Shown piece by piece: positions 18,573 through 28,959 of a stretch of DNA of 64,000 nucleotides (position 1 is its first letter; each line of letters begins with the position of its first letter). The translations under genes were made by a program, and so were the position numbers. Under the pieces are notes generated by a model. It was not told the DNA's origin, made no database searches, and was given only the letters and a program-made list of their open reading frames with translations. The stretch lies in the NCBI GenBank assembly GCA_963805625.1, contig CAWDVE010000025.1:1-64000 (forward strand), read 5' to 3'. The DNA is from an uncultured Candidatus Rokubacteria bacterium (lineage in GTDB: Bacteria; Methylomirabilota; Methylomirabilia; Rokubacteriales; DASRDR01).

Positions 18573-19298
18573 TCACTGGCCCGTGACCAGTCCGTCGACG
18601 TGCTTCGCGGCGCGATCGAGGTCGTACTCCCGGTACATCTGGAGCCACTCGGCCGCCGGCGACCCCGAGCCGTGGATGATTTCCACGTCCCACCACCCGG
18701 CGTACTCCGAGGCCGTGAGGTCCCGGATGAAGCGGAACAGGCGCATGCGCTCCTCGGCCGTGCCGGTGGCCCCCGCGTAGTACTTGTCGAAGTAGGGCTT
18801 GAGCTCCGGGGCCCGCTGGTCCTCGATCGCCGGCAGCGTCTCCAGCGCACCCCCGGCGATCTCCAGGAGGAGCCGGGTGGCGAGGTAGTGGCCTTCCATG
18901 GCCACGTGCTTGCCCGTGTTCGCGTAGACCGCGTCCGGCACCGCGACGCCCGGCTCCATGACGGTCGCGTGCATCGAAGCCGCCACGCCCGTGCTCCAGA
19001 TCAACGCCTGGAGCTTGATCATCTGCGTGATCTTGTCCCGGACGTGAGGCGCGTCGGCCACGCCGTTGAGCTCGGCGATGCGGTGCGCGGCGCCGATGAA
19101 GATATCGAGTTTGCCGACGTCGGCGCCCAGGTAGCCCTGGCGATTGACACTCGCGAAGATGTTGGCCATGTTGCCGGAGTGTTGCCATTCGCCGCAGAGG
19201 AAGACCCGTTCCCACGGGACGAACACGTCCTCGAAGATCGTGAAGGTCTCTGGGAGCTGGTCCTTGCGGGTCATCGGCGAGGTCTCGGGATCCTTCAT
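18573..19298 (-). pseudogene. 4-hydroxyphenylacetate 3-hydroxylase/4-hydroxybutyryl-CoA dehydratase family, C-terminal half only
   Basis: IFEDVFVPWERVFLCGE; HVRDKI; IAGG; EERMRLFRFIRDL; HGSGSP. Confidence 0.75.
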
Positions 19299-19954
19299 GC
19301 TCTGGGCCTCGCGGGCGACAGCATGTGGGCGAGGCCGTCGTTGTAGCCGGTGTTGTGAAAGAGCGGGCACACGATGGCCGTCGTGCTGTCGGGCCCGGAC
19401 TGGAAGATCTGCGCGACCATCTCGGCATTCTGCACGAGCGAGGCGTTCCGGATCATCACGCCGCGCGGCTCGCCCGTCGTGCCGGAGGTGTAGCAAAGGA
19501 CGCCGATCTCCTCCGGCCGCGCCTCGGAACCGTCCAGCGCCGGCGCCGGGCGCCGGGCCACGTCGACGTCCGACGACACGAGGATCCGGCTCCGATGCCG
19601 CTCGGACAGCCGTGGCAGGTACGGGGGATCGCCGACGATCACCGCGGGATCGAGGTCGTCGAGCACCTGGTCGAGATCGCCCGCGGCATGCCGGGTGTTG
19701 AGCGGCGTCGCGACGGCGCCCTGGGCCAGCGTGCCGAGGTACGCCACGACCCAGACGCAGCTGTTGTCGGCCAGGATGGCCACGCGGTCGCCGCGCTTGA
19801 CGTCGAGTCGCTGGAGGCGCGCGCGAAACCTCCCGACGGAGCCCGCAACCTGGCCGTAGGTGTACGTCGGCCCGTGGTCGGGCTCGGTGACGAAGATCGA
19901 CTCGGGCGTGCGCTCCGCCCAGTGGAACAGAAACTCCGGTAGGGTGGCAGTCAT
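19295..19954 (-). pseudogene. AMP-binding acyl-CoA synthetase, N-terminal half only
   Basis: VKRGDRVAIL; YTSGTTGEPRGV; PLFH; ends abruptly. Confidence 0.8.
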
Positions 19955-20009
19955 CGAGCGAATGGGCGTGAATCGGATGCCAATATTCTAGTGACGCTGC
20001 GGAACGAAA

Positions 20010-20201
20010 TCAATCAACGGGCTGGCACTCCGGGAGCTCCCGGAAATAAATGATGGTGTGGCTCTCGACGTCCTGCATGTAGCGGAGAGTGCGAATCACC
20101 TCGGGGGTCACGGGGCATCGGGGGACGTCGGCCCAGGGAAACGCAGCGAGGTCGACAGCGCGGGAGCAGGCGACGTAGGCCTCGAGATCTACCGCGGCCA
20201 T
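20010..20201 (-). pseudogene. Ferritin-like protein N-terminal fragment
   Basis: LRYMQDVESHTIIYFREL, then truncation. Confidence 0.6.
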
Positions 20202-20319
20202 GGTCGGGGCAAAGCCTACAATGATCCGCCTGCCGAGGGCAAAGGAGGAATTCGCGTCATCTCACGTGACTTTACGTCCGGCCCCTGCCGGCCGGATGTC
20301 TCCCCGCGGCCAGCCGGGC

Positions 20320-20630
20320 CAGGGCGCCGATCACGTGGTGTGGGGCACGGACGCCATCTGGACTGGCGCGCCGCAGTGGCAGATCGAGGCGCTGCGCCGG
20401 CTCGAGATACCCGACGACATGCAGCAGAAGTTTGGCTTCGCACCGCTCGGCCCCGCCGACGGTCCCATCAAGCGCGCGATCTTCGGCGAGAACTCCGCGA
20501 AGCTCTACCGGTACGATCGCCGCGCCGAGCTCTCGACCGACCGCATCGCGATTGCCAGGGCCACCTACGAGCGGGAGGGCCGGGCCGGACGAACCGGCGC
20601 TACGGCTACGTGACTCCGCCGATCGCGTGA
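20320..20630 (+). pseudogene. Amidohydrolase C-terminal fragment
   Basis: GADHVVWGTDAIWTGAPQWQIEALRRLEIP..KRAIFGENSAKLY. Confidence 0.75.
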
Positions 20631-20668
20631 TCAGCGGGCTGGCGGGGGAGATCCGTCGGGGGAGTACG

Positions 20669-21136
20669 TCAGGTGCTGAGCGAGGATCGGAGGGCGCGCG
20701 CTTCTTTGGGCAGCCGCAGGGTCTCGACGAGGTGCGTGAGCTCCTGCAGGCTGATGGGCTTTCCGAGGATGCCGGTCACGTCGAGCGCGAGTGCCTCGGG
20801 GCCCGGGGTCGGGTCCTCGTCCGCGCTCAGCACGATGACGGCGATGTCCGGTCTGTAGGCGCGCGCGATCCGGACCACGTCCCAGCCGCCAAGTTCGACT
20901 CCGTGCACGGCCGGCAGATCGAGGTCGACCACCGCGATGTCGAACGATTGGGCTCGCAGCCGGACCATCGCCTGCCACGCATCGGCCGCGGCGTCGACTG
21001 CATGGCCCTCCCTGCGCAAGGCCGTGCTCAGACCCTCCCGGCTCGGGCGGTCGTCGTCCACGACGAGGATGCGGCGAGCCAGCCGCTCGGTCAGGGCGGC
21101 CCCCGTGAACGAATCCGATGTCATCATCTTGGCCAT
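20669..21136 (-). CDS. Single-domain response regulator (receiver)
   Basis: ILVVDDD; FDIAVVDLDLP; VLSA; GKP. Confidence 0.85.
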   Translation of the reverse strand: MAKMMTSDSFTGAALTERLARRILVVDDDRPSREGLSTALRREGHAVDAAADAWQAMVRLRAQSFDIAVVDLDLPAVHGVELGGWDVVRIARAYRPDIAVIVLSADEDPTPGPEALALDVTGILGKPISLQELTHLVETLRLPKEARALRSSLST

Positions 21137-21171
21137 GCGCTTTTCCTGGGTCCTCTTTCCGGATCGTGAGG

Positions 21172-21186
21172 GCAACCCCCGTGCCA
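21172..21186 (-). promoter_or_regulatory. sigma54 promoter for the receiver gene
   Basis: TGGCAC-GGGGG-TTGC on the minus strand, about 35 nt upstream of the ATG. Confidence 0.65.
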
Positions 21187-21359
21187 GGTGAGAAGTCCCG
21201 CCATCACCGCGTCGAACCACTGGTTTTGGCTCCTCGTCAGGTCCGATCCTGCCGGTAAGCGTTACGTGACGGCCCATTGGCCGGTGTAAGGTCTACACGG
21301 CGAACCGGAGTGAAGCATCCTTGACACCTGACGTGACGCGGGCTACAAGGAGACCCGCC

Positions 21360-22307
21360 GTGTCGCCTTCCCGTCGCCGCGCTGTTCCCGACCGATCTCC
21401 GAACTACGCCGCCCTCCCGACCGAGCGGCCGAATCCGCGTCTCCGCGCGCTCGACCGGCTCCCCACGGAGCGCCTCGTCGCCTCCATTACCCGGGAAGAC
21501 CGCCGCGCGGCGGCCAGCGTCGCGGGCGTCCAGCGGTCTCTCGCGCGGGCCGTCGACCTGGTGGCCGACGCGCTCGGGGAAGGCGGGCGACTCGTGTATG
21601 TGGGCGCCGGAACGAGCGGGCGGCTCGGGGTCCTCGATGCCGCGGAGTGCCCGCCGACCTTCGGCGTGTCCCCCGGGCAGGTCGTGGGAGTGATCGCCGG
21701 CGGCCGCCGGGCGCTCTGGCGAGCCGTCGAGGGCGCCGAGGACCGGGGTGGCGACGCGAGGCGGGCGCTCCGGCGGCTTCGCGTGGGCCCGCGGGACGTG
21801 GTGTGCGGCATCTGCGCGAGCGGCGTGACGCCCTTCGCGCTGGCCGCCCTCGGAGAGGGGCGGAGGCGCGGCGCGCGGACCATCGTCGTCACGTGCGCAC
21901 CATCGGCGGCGCTGCGTGCCCTTGCCGATGTGGTCGTGGCGCCACGGCCCGGGCCGGAGGTGCTGGCGGGCTCCACCCGCATGAAGGCGGGGCTGGCCAC
22001 CAAGATGGTTCTCCACACGCTCACGACTGCGGCCATGGTCCGGCTCGGGAAGGTCTACGGCAATCTCATGGTCGACCTCCGGCCTTCCAGCCGGAAGCTC
22101 CGGGCCCGCGCGCTTCGCATCATCGGGGCGCTCACCGGCCTGTCGCCCGTGTCCGCGCGCGCCCTCGCCCGGCGAGCGAGCGGACGGCCCAACGTGGCCC
22201 TCGTCATGCACCGGCTCGGTCTGGACGCCCCGGGGGCCCGCCGGCGCCTTGTCGCCCACGGCGACAATCTGCGCGCGGCGCTCGAGGACCCACGACGTGA
22301 ACGGTGA
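21360..22307 (+). CDS. murQ: N-acetylmuramic acid 6-phosphate etherase
   Basis: TERPNP; GRLVYVGAGTSGRLGVLDAAECPPTF; GSTRMKAG; KVYGNLMVD. Confidence 0.95.
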   Translation: MSPSRRRAVPDRSPNYAALPTERPNPRLRALDRLPTERLVASITREDRRAAASVAGVQRSLARAVDLVADALGEGGRLVYVGAGTSGRLGVLDAAECPPTFGVSPGQVVGVIAGGRRALWRAVEGAEDRGGDARRALRRLRVGPRDVVCGICASGVTPFALAALGEGRRRGARTIVVTCAPSAALRALADVVVAPRPGPEVLAGSTRMKAGLATKMVLHTLTTAAMVRLGKVYGNLMVDLRPSSRKLRARALRIIGALTGLSPVSARALARRASGRPNVALVMHRLGLDAPGARRRLVAHGDNLRAALEDPRRER

Positions 22308-23466
22308 CCCGCTTGCCCGCCTCCTCGCGCTCCGGATGGTGAGCCCCCGCCGCGTGGTCGGCCTCATCTCCGGGACGAGCGCCGACGGCATCGACGCCGC
22401 GCTGGTCGAGATCGATGGAGCAGGGGACACCACACGGGCGCGCCTCCTCGGTTTCCAGACACGACCGTTCGATCCGGCCCTGCGCGCCCGCATCCTCGCG
22501 CTCGGCGACGCGCGTGCGGACGAGCTCCTGCGCTGCCACTACTGGCTCGGCGAGGAGTTCGCGGAGGCAGCCCTCGAGGTGATGGGCGAGGCCCGGCGTG
22601 ACGGGCTTCCGGTCCACCTGGTCGGCTCGCACGGCCAGACGGCGCGGCACCATCCGCGTGCGGGGAGCCCCGATGGTCGTGCGGCCACGCTGCAGCTCGC
22701 CGAGCCGGCGATCATTGCCGAGCGCACCGGGCTGCCCGTCGTGGCCGACTTCCGCCCACGGGACATTGCCGCGGGCGGCGAGGGCGCGCCGCTCGTTCCC
22801 CTGGTGGACTGGCTGCTGTTCCGCCGCGCCGGAGCCACGCGCGCCTGTCTGAACATGGGAGGCATCGCCAACGTGACGGTTGTTACCGAGCGGCTCGACA
22901 CGGTGCGCGCCTTCGACCTGGGGCCGGCGAACATGCCGCTCGACCTTGTCGTCCACGCCTGGACTGGCGGCGCCGAGACGTTCGACCGGAACGGGGCGCG
23001 CGCTGCGACGGGGCGCGTGGACCCCGGGCTCGTCGCCGAGCTGCTCCGTCACCCGTTCTTCGACCTGTCCCCGCCCAAGTCCACCGGCCGCGAGGCATTC
23101 GGGGACGTCTTCGTGCGGCCGCTCCTCGGGCGCTACGCGGGACGCGAGGGCGACCTCCTGGCGAGTCTCACCCGGTTCGTCGCCGAGTCGGTGGCGACCG
23201 GGATCCGCCGGTGGGTCCGCGAGCCGGTCGCGGAGGTGCTGGTCTCGGGCGGCGGCGCGCGGAACGGGACGCTCATGGCGGCGCTGGGGGCGGCGTTGGC
23301 ACCGGTGCCCGTGCGCTCGCTCGCCGAGGTCGGCCTCGACCCCGACGCCAAGGAAGCGGTGGCGTTCGCGGTGCTCGCGAACGAGACTCTCTTCGGCCGG
23401 CCCGGCAATCTGCCGGGGGCAACCGGCGCCGTCGGCCCGCGCATCCTCGGCAAGCTCGTCCTCTGA
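22297..23466 (+). CDS. anmK: Anhydro-N-acetylmuramic acid kinase
   Basis: GLISGTSADGID; GSHGQT; DFRPRDIAAGGEGAPLVP; PKSTGRE; KEAVAFA. Confidence 0.95.
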   Translation: MNGDPLARLLALRMVSPRRVVGLISGTSADGIDAALVEIDGAGDTTRARLLGFQTRPFDPALRARILALGDARADELLRCHYWLGEEFAEAALEVMGEARRDGLPVHLVGSHGQTARHHPRAGSPDGRAATLQLAEPAIIAERTGLPVVADFRPRDIAAGGEGAPLVPLVDWLLFRRAGATRACLNMGGIANVTVVTERLDTVRAFDLGPANMPLDLVVHAWTGGAETFDRNGARAATGRVDPGLVAELLRHPFFDLSPPKSTGREAFGDVFVRPLLGRYAGREGDLLASLTRFVAESVATGIRRWVREPVAEVLVSGGGARNGTLMAALGAALAPVPVRSLAEVGLDPDAKEAVAFAVLANETLFGRPGNLPGATGAVGPRILGKLVL

Positions 23467-23511
23467 CCGGCGGCATGCCGGCCCTCGGACGACCTTCCTA
23501 GAGCCCCGGGC

Positions 23512-23883
23512 CTATAGCCCCGGGAACAGCGGCGGCTGGTCCGGACCGGCGCGTGGGCGCGCCGGCCGGCTCGGACGCGGGGCCTTCTCAGGTCGGGCGG
23601 CTGCGGGACGGCGACGGCGCGGCCTGACCGTCTGGGACCAGCCCTTCTGCCGCGCGATCTTGTCGCCCTGCTTGATGACGAGGAGATCCACGATGCGGGC
23701 GAGCGGGTGGTGGATGAGCGTCAGGTACCGCACCCAGTAGCGGGGCGTGAACGCGAGGGTCCGCATCTCGTCGAGGGCGAGCGCGAGGGCGGTGCGATCG
23801 CCCTTGCGCGCGGCGATGCGGAGGTTGTCGAGGACCCGGGTCTGGCTCGTCGTGCGGCGCGCTCCCGAGCCAGCCCCGCTCAC
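23512..23883 (-). CDS. Hypothetical protein
   Basis: GTG overlaps the upstream stop; VLDNLRIAARKGDR..LLVIKQGDKIARQKGW. Confidence 0.55.
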   Translation of the reverse strand: MSGAGSGARRTTSQTRVLDNLRIAARKGDRTALALALDEMRTLAFTPRYWVRYLTLIHHPLARIVDLLVIKQGDKIARQKGWSQTVRPRRRRPAAARPEKAPRPSRPARPRAGPDQPPLFPGL

Positions 23884-24074
23884 GGCCGGTCTCGCCGAGA
23901 AGCGCGGAAGATGCGCCAACCCGAGGGAATGACGAGCCCCAGCGCGGCCGCCGTCCCGATCATCTGCTTCCAGCCGAAGCCCGCAAAGGCGCCGATGCCA
24001 ACCAGGTCGGCGGTCAGCGACACGACGCCCAGCAGCGTTCCGGTGACGAGGAGAGCCCAGTCGCGTCCGAGCAT
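23880..24074 (-). CDS. Small two-TM membrane protein
   Basis: LLGVVSLTADLVGIGAFAGFGWKQ. Confidence 0.6.
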   Translation of the reverse strand: MLGRDWALLVTGTLLGVVSLTADLVGIGAFAGFGWKQMIGTAAALGLVIPSGWRIFRASRRDRP

Positions 24075-24255
24075 TCCGGGGCCGGATTGTAGCACGCGGC
24101 ATGCGATCGTCTCCGCGGCCCGTCCCGCGGTTTGGCCGGCTCCGGCCGGCCGTTGTAGACTGGCGGCGACCGCGCGCCGGATGGCGCGCCAGGCGCGTCC
24201 GTCCCGTAGCGGTGCACGCTCGAGCGTTGCGATGCGCGGCGCAGGGGGCCGAGAC

Positions 24256-25161
24256 ATGAAGTCGATCGCGTTCGTCGGGCTGGGCAACATGGGGTTGCCG
24301 ATGGTGGCGAACCTCGTCAAGGCCGGCTACCGAGTGCACGCCGCGGACGTGCGACCCGAGGCCGTCGAGGCCGCTGTCGGCCAGGGGGCGCTCGCCGCGG
24401 AGTCCGTCGCGGCGGCGACCAGCCGGGCGGAGGTCGTCGTCACCATGGTGCCGAACTCTCCCGAGGTCGAGGTCGCGTACCTGGGACCTGGGGGCGTCCT
24501 CGAGGGCGCCCGGCCGGGTCAGATCGCGATCGACATGAGCACGATCGATCCTGCGACGACGCGCAAGGTTGGCGCCCGGCTCGAGGCCGCGGGCGTCCGC
24601 ATGCTCGACGCTCCCGTCTCGGGTGGGGTTCCGGGTGCCGTGGCCGGGACGCTCACGATCATGGTGGGAGGCGATGCTGACACAGTGTCCCAGATGCGCC
24701 CCATCCTGGGCGCGATGGGGAAGAACGTCGTCCACGTGGGGCCGCTCGGGTCGGGCGAGGTAGCCAAGATCTGCAACAACCTGCTCGCGGGGGTCTCCAT
24801 GATCGCAGCCGCCGAGGCGTTCACGATCGGGACCAGGGCCGGGGTCGACCCGAAGATCCTCCACGATGTGATCCGGACCAGCTCCGGCAACTGCTGGGCC
24901 ATCGAGCACAACTGCCCGGTTCCCGGGCTCGTGCCCAAGTCGGCATCGAACCGTGACTTTGCGGCCGGGTTTATGACGGACCTGATGGCCAAGGACCTGT
25001 CCCTGGCCCGCGCCGCGGCACGTGATCTCGGCGTGCCCTGCTTCACGGGCGCCCTCGCCCACGATCTCTACATGCTGGCCAGCCGTCACGGCCTGGGGCG
25101 GAAGGATTTCTCCTCGGTCATCCAGCTCCTGACCGCCTCCGAGGGGGGAGGGAGCGGCTAG
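24256..25161 (+). CDS. mmsB: 3-hydroxyisobutyrate dehydrogenase
   Basis: FVGLGNMGLPM; DAPVSGG; KICNNLL; SSGNCW..NCPVPG; LMAKDL. Confidence 0.9.
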   Translation: MKSIAFVGLGNMGLPMVANLVKAGYRVHAADVRPEAVEAAVGQGALAAESVAAATSRAEVVVTMVPNSPEVEVAYLGPGGVLEGARPGQIAIDMSTIDPATTRKVGARLEAAGVRMLDAPVSGGVPGAVAGTLTIMVGGDADTVSQMRPILGAMGKNVVHVGPLGSGEVAKICNNLLAGVSMIAAAEAFTIGTRAGVDPKILHDVIRTSSGNCWAIEHNCPVPGLVPKSASNRDFAAGFMTDLMAKDLSLARAAARDLGVPCFTGALAHDLYMLASRHGLGRKDFSSVIQLLTASEGGGSG

Positions 25162-25203
25162 GGCGCACGGCATCCCACGGTTCACCCCAGCGCCTGCATC
25201 CCG

Positions 25204-25219
25204 CGGCATCTGGCTTGCA
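25204..25219 (+). promoter_or_regulatory. Putative sigma54 promoter
   Basis: CGGCAT-CTGGC-TTGCA upstream of ATG 25252. Confidence 0.5.
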
Positions 25220-25251
25220 TCATAATAAGTGCGGTCACCGAGGGAGGAGCC

Positions 25252-25725
25252 ATGGGATCAGTGTGTAGGATCCGGTCGTTCCCTGTTCTGTTCGTCGCCG
25301 GTTTGCTTGCCGCCGTGCTCGTCTGGGTTACCCCCGCCTGGGCGCAGACACCGCCCGCCTCCGGAACGACCGCGTCCCCCGGGGCTGCCGGGTCTCTGGG
25401 GGTCACCGTCACCCCCCAGCCATCCAAGCCCGCCCCCGAGTTCGGGTTCGAGGGTGCGCTTCCACCGGAGCAGGGGAGTCCGCGCGAAGGGGACTACGGC
25501 GAGCGCACGCGAACGATCTATCAGCCCGCCTTCGTCAAGGGCGCCGTGACGACGAAGCGGACCTCGCGGACGTCCGGCATGCGCGTGGGTCTGAGCGGGT
25601 GGACCGCGCCCCGGATCCCGTTCGACGACCCGCAGTCGAATGGTTTCCCGGCGCTCGGCTTAACAGTCGAGTGGGGAACGCCGATGGAGCCGCCGGCCGA
25701 GCCGCCGCTGCCCGGCAAGCGCTGA
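25252..25725 (+). CDS. Exported hypothetical protein
   Basis: GGAGG RBS; signal peptide ending PAWAQ. Confidence 0.65.
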   Translation: MGSVCRIRSFPVLFVAGLLAAVLVWVTPAWAQTPPASGTTASPGAAGSLGVTVTPQPSKPAPEFGFEGALPPEQGSPREGDYGERTRTIYQPAFVKGAVTTKRTSRTSGMRVGLSGWTAPRIPFDDPQSNGFPALGLTVEWGTPMEPPAEPPLPGKR

Positions 25726-25732
25726 GCTGCGA

Positions 25733-25975
25733 TCAGCCCTTCGCGAGCTTCTCGACTTCACGCTTGGGCAGGGGCTCGATCCGGGCCAGGAGTTGTTTGA
25801 CCCGGCGCTCGGAAGTGTGATCGGCGAGAATCAGCCGCCTCGACTTCGTGCCGTTCACGATGAGGGCCACCCAGTCGTCCAGGTTGGGCGTGCCTCGCCA
25901 CTGGATGACCAGACCGCTGGCCTTGAGCTTCTTCCGCCCTTCGACTTTCGCCAGGGGCTTTCGCGGAACGTCCAT
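25733..25975 (-). CDS. Small basic hypothetical protein
   Basis: GGAGG RBS; 80 aa, typical codon usage. Confidence 0.7.
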   Translation of the reverse strand: MDVPRKPLAKVEGRKKLKASGLVIQWRGTPNLDDWVALIVNGTKSRRLILADHTSERRVKQLLARIEPLPKREVEKLAKG

Positions 25976-26282
25976 GCGCGCCTCCGGACCTCGTGCCGAG
26001 CAAATGAAAGAGTGCGTACCGTCCAGTGAATGCCCCCCACAATCGTCGGGCGTCCAATCCGTGTCAAGGGTTTGTTTCGCCTGTGCTCATGCGCTCACGC
26101 GACGATGGACCGTTCGCGCGCGGGCATTCATCGGCCGATCGAGAGCCTTGCCTTCGCGAGCCTCGATCTGTCGCGGCTCCGCGCACCGCCGCCGACGAGC
26201 GCCCGCGCCAGATGGGGCGGATCGTCGTCGGTGGATGACGGTGGATATGTGGATAACTGCGCGCGATGGACCGGACGGCTGC

Positions 26283-26924
26283 TCAGCGCCGGGAAGCGGC
26301 GCCGACGTCTGCCGCGCCGACCGAACGAAGCAGGAGCGCTGAGAGTGCGGGCGCCGCGTCCGCGAGCGCGGACAGCTCGCCCTCGAGCGACTGCATCACC
26401 ACCTCGTTGAGCGCGCCCAGCCAGGCGTAGGCGGCCACGTCGGTGTCCACCGGCGGGATGCTCCCCTCGGCGACCGCCTCGTCGAGGTGGTGGCGCACCA
26501 GCGCGGCGAAGCGGCCGAGCACTTTGCGGCGCTTCATCGCGTAGGCGGGCCCGAGGCTTGCCGCCTCGATGAGCACGATGCGCGCCAGCTCCTGCCGGCG
26601 CCCGAAGAGGGTCAGTGCGGCGGTCACGGCCGCCTCGACCCGCGCCACGCCGCCCTCGTGCGCCAGGATCGCGGCGGCGACGTCCGCAGCCAGCTCGGCG
26701 GCGAACTCGTCGACCAGCGCGGAGAAGAGCGGGAGCTTGCCGGGGAAGTGGAAGTAGAGCGCTCCCTTGGACACTCCGGCCGCCGCGGCGATCGCGTCCA
26801 TGCGCGCCGCGTGATACCCTTCGCGGGCAAAGACCTCCATGGCGGCCGCGAGCACCCGGCGCCGTGTGCCGGCCTTCGCCTCGTCCCGCCGCGGTGAGCG
26901 TCGACGCTCCTCGCGGCCGCTCAT
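26283..26924 (-). CDS. TetR/AcrR transcriptional regulator
   Basis: FAREGYHAARMDAIAAAAGVSKGALYFHFPGK. Confidence 0.9.
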   Translation of the reverse strand: MSGREERRRSPRRDEAKAGTRRRVLAAAMEVFAREGYHAARMDAIAAAAGVSKGALYFHFPGKLPLFSALVDEFAAELAADVAAAILAHEGGVARVEAAVTAALTLFGRRQELARIVLIEAASLGPAYAMKRRKVLGRFAALVRHHLDEAVAEGSIPPVDTDVAAYAWLGALNEVVMQSLEGELSALADAAPALSALLLRSVGAADVGAASRR

Positions 26925-26971
26925 GGCCCGCACCCCGGCGGACCCACGCTCCGGGGAGCACGGAGGAGTGG

Positions 26972-27802
26972 ATGACCCAGGTGATCCGGATCGGTCACAG
27001 CCCTGACGCCGACGACGCGTTCATGTTCTACGCGATGACGCACGGAAAGGTGACGATCCCCGGCGTGCGGATCGAGCATGTGCTCGAGGACATCGAATCG
27101 CTGAACCGTCGCGCCGCCTCGACGGAGCTCGAGGTGACAGCGGTGTCGTGCGCCACGTACCCGGCCATCGCGGATCGGTACCGTCTCATGGATCCCGGAG
27201 CGTCGATGGGCAAGGGCTACGGCCCGATCGTCGTGGCCCGGGAGCCCATCCCTGCCGAGACGCTTCCCGAGCGAATCATCGCCATTCCGGGGTACGGGAC
27301 CACGGCGTACCTGCTTCTCCGTCTTGCGCTGGGGGACCCGCCCGTGATCGTGGTGGCCTTCGACCACATTCCGCGGGTGGTGGCGGACGGACAGGCCGAC
27401 GCCGGCCTCCTGATTCACGAGGGGCAGATCACGTACGGCGCGATGGGTCTCTCCAAGGTGCTCGACCTGGGCGAGCTGTGGACGAAGCGGACGGGGCTTC
27501 CCCTCCCGCTGGGCGTCAACGTGACGCGCCGCGATCTGGGTGAGGACATGGCCCGGAGCCTGTCCGAGGCCCTGCGCGCCTCGATCCGCTACGCCCACGC
27601 GCACCCGGACGAGGCCGTGGGGTACGCGCTCCGGTACGGCCGAGGCATTGACGCCGACACCTGCACGCGATTCGTCCACATGTACGTCAACGACTACACG
27701 GTGACGCTGGGTGAGGAAGGACGCCGCGCCCTGGAAACCCTCTACAGGGAGGCCGTCGGCGCGCGGCTGCTCGGTGCGATGCCCCCGCTCGATCCTCTCT
27801 AG
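26972..27802 (+). CDS. mqnD: 1,4-dihydroxy-6-naphthoate synthase
   Basis: IGHSPDADDAFMFYA; DIESLN; GYGP; LIHEGQ; LPLPLG; MYVNDYT. Confidence 0.9.
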   Translation: MTQVIRIGHSPDADDAFMFYAMTHGKVTIPGVRIEHVLEDIESLNRRAASTELEVTAVSCATYPAIADRYRLMDPGASMGKGYGPIVVAREPIPAETLPERIIAIPGYGTTAYLLLRLALGDPPVIVVAFDHIPRVVADGQADAGLLIHEGQITYGAMGLSKVLDLGELWTKRTGLPLPLGVNVTRRDLGEDMARSLSEALRASIRYAHAHPDEAVGYALRYGRGIDADTCTRFVHMYVNDYTVTLGEEGRRALETLYREAVGARLLGAMPPLDPL

Positions 27803-27865
27803 CGGCGGCGCCGGCGGACCGGAACTCGTGCACGATGCGCGCGAGGCGCCCGGCACGCGGCTGTC

Positions 27866-28954
27866 CTAGAAGGCCTTGACCCGCTCGTAGAGCGTGGTCC
27901 GCTGGACGGGCCGGAAACCGGCCTCCCGGATCAGGGCCACGATCTCGTCCACCGTGATCTTGTTGACGTAGTCCGCCGCCTTGTGGACGTTCTCCTCGAA
28001 GAGGGTTCCGCCCCAGTCGTCGGCCCCGAAGTGGAGCGCGATCTGCCCGGCCCGCTTTCCCTCCGAGAACCAGGACGCCTGCACGTGGGGCATGTTGTCC
28101 AGGTAGCAGCGCGACAGCGCCAGCATCCGGCAGTAGGCGTTGGGCCCGGCGTAGTGCTTGATCCACTTCTCCAGCAGCGTGTTGCCCGGCTTGAAGGACC
28201 AGGGGACGAATGCCGTGAAGCCTCCGGTCTCGTCCTGGAGGGCGCGCACGGCGTCCAGGTGGTCCAGGACGTCCTCCGGCCCCTCGACGTGGCCGTACAT
28301 CATGGTGGCCGTCGACCGGAGCCCGTGCCGGTGCGCCTCCCGGTGGACCTCCAGCCAGCTGCCCGGGCCGCCCTTCTTCGGGGCGATGCGGAGGCGGACG
28401 CGCTCGGAGAGGATCTCGGCGCCCCCGCCCGGCAGGGTCCGCTGACCCGCGTCGCGGAGCCGCGCCAGCACCTCGCTCACGGGAAGCGTGGAGACCCGGG
28501 CCATCGTCTGGATCTCGGATGCGGTGAAGAAGTGAGGCAGCACGCCCGGGAAGCGCCGCCGGGTCTCTCGGACCAGATCGAGGTAGTAGTCGAGGGGCAG
28601 GGACGGGTTGTGCCCTCCCTGGAGGAGGACCGTGGTCGCGCCCCGCTCGACGGCCCCGGCGATCTTCGCCATGACCTCGTCGACGGTGAGGGTGTAGGCC
28701 TCGGGGTCACCGGGCTTCCGGTAGAAGGCGCAGAATTGGCAGTCGGTGACGCAGACGTTCGTGTAGTTCGGGTTCGTGTCGATCGCGAACGTCACCTCAC
28801 CGTCGGGATGGAGGCGACGGCGCACGGTATTAGCCAGCTGGCCGACCTCGAGCAGGGGAGCCTCGGTCAGGAGCCACCGTCCCTCTTCGCGGGACAGCCG
28901 CATCCCCCCGTCGACCTTGGCACGGACCGTCTCCAGCATGGCTTGCGCCGTCAT
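27866..28954 (-). CDS. mqnC: Cyclic dehypoxanthinyl futalosine synthase
   Basis: NYTNVCVTDCQFCAF; LLQGGHNP; PGGGAEIL; TATMMYG; HVQASW. Confidence 0.9.
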   Translation of the reverse strand: MTAQAMLETVRAKVDGGMRLSREEGRWLLTEAPLLEVGQLANTVRRRLHPDGEVTFAIDTNPNYTNVCVTDCQFCAFYRKPGDPEAYTLTVDEVMAKIAGAVERGATTVLLQGGHNPSLPLDYYLDLVRETRRRFPGVLPHFFTASEIQTMARVSTLPVSEVLARLRDAGQRTLPGGGAEILSERVRLRIAPKKGGPGSWLEVHREAHRHGLRSTATMMYGHVEGPEDVLDHLDAVRALQDETGGFTAFVPWSFKPGNTLLEKWIKHYAGPNAYCRMLALSRCYLDNMPHVQASWFSEGKRAGQIALHFGADDWGGTLFEENVHKAADYVNKITVDEIVALIREAGFRPVQRTTLYERVKAF

Positions 28955-28959
28955 GCGAG

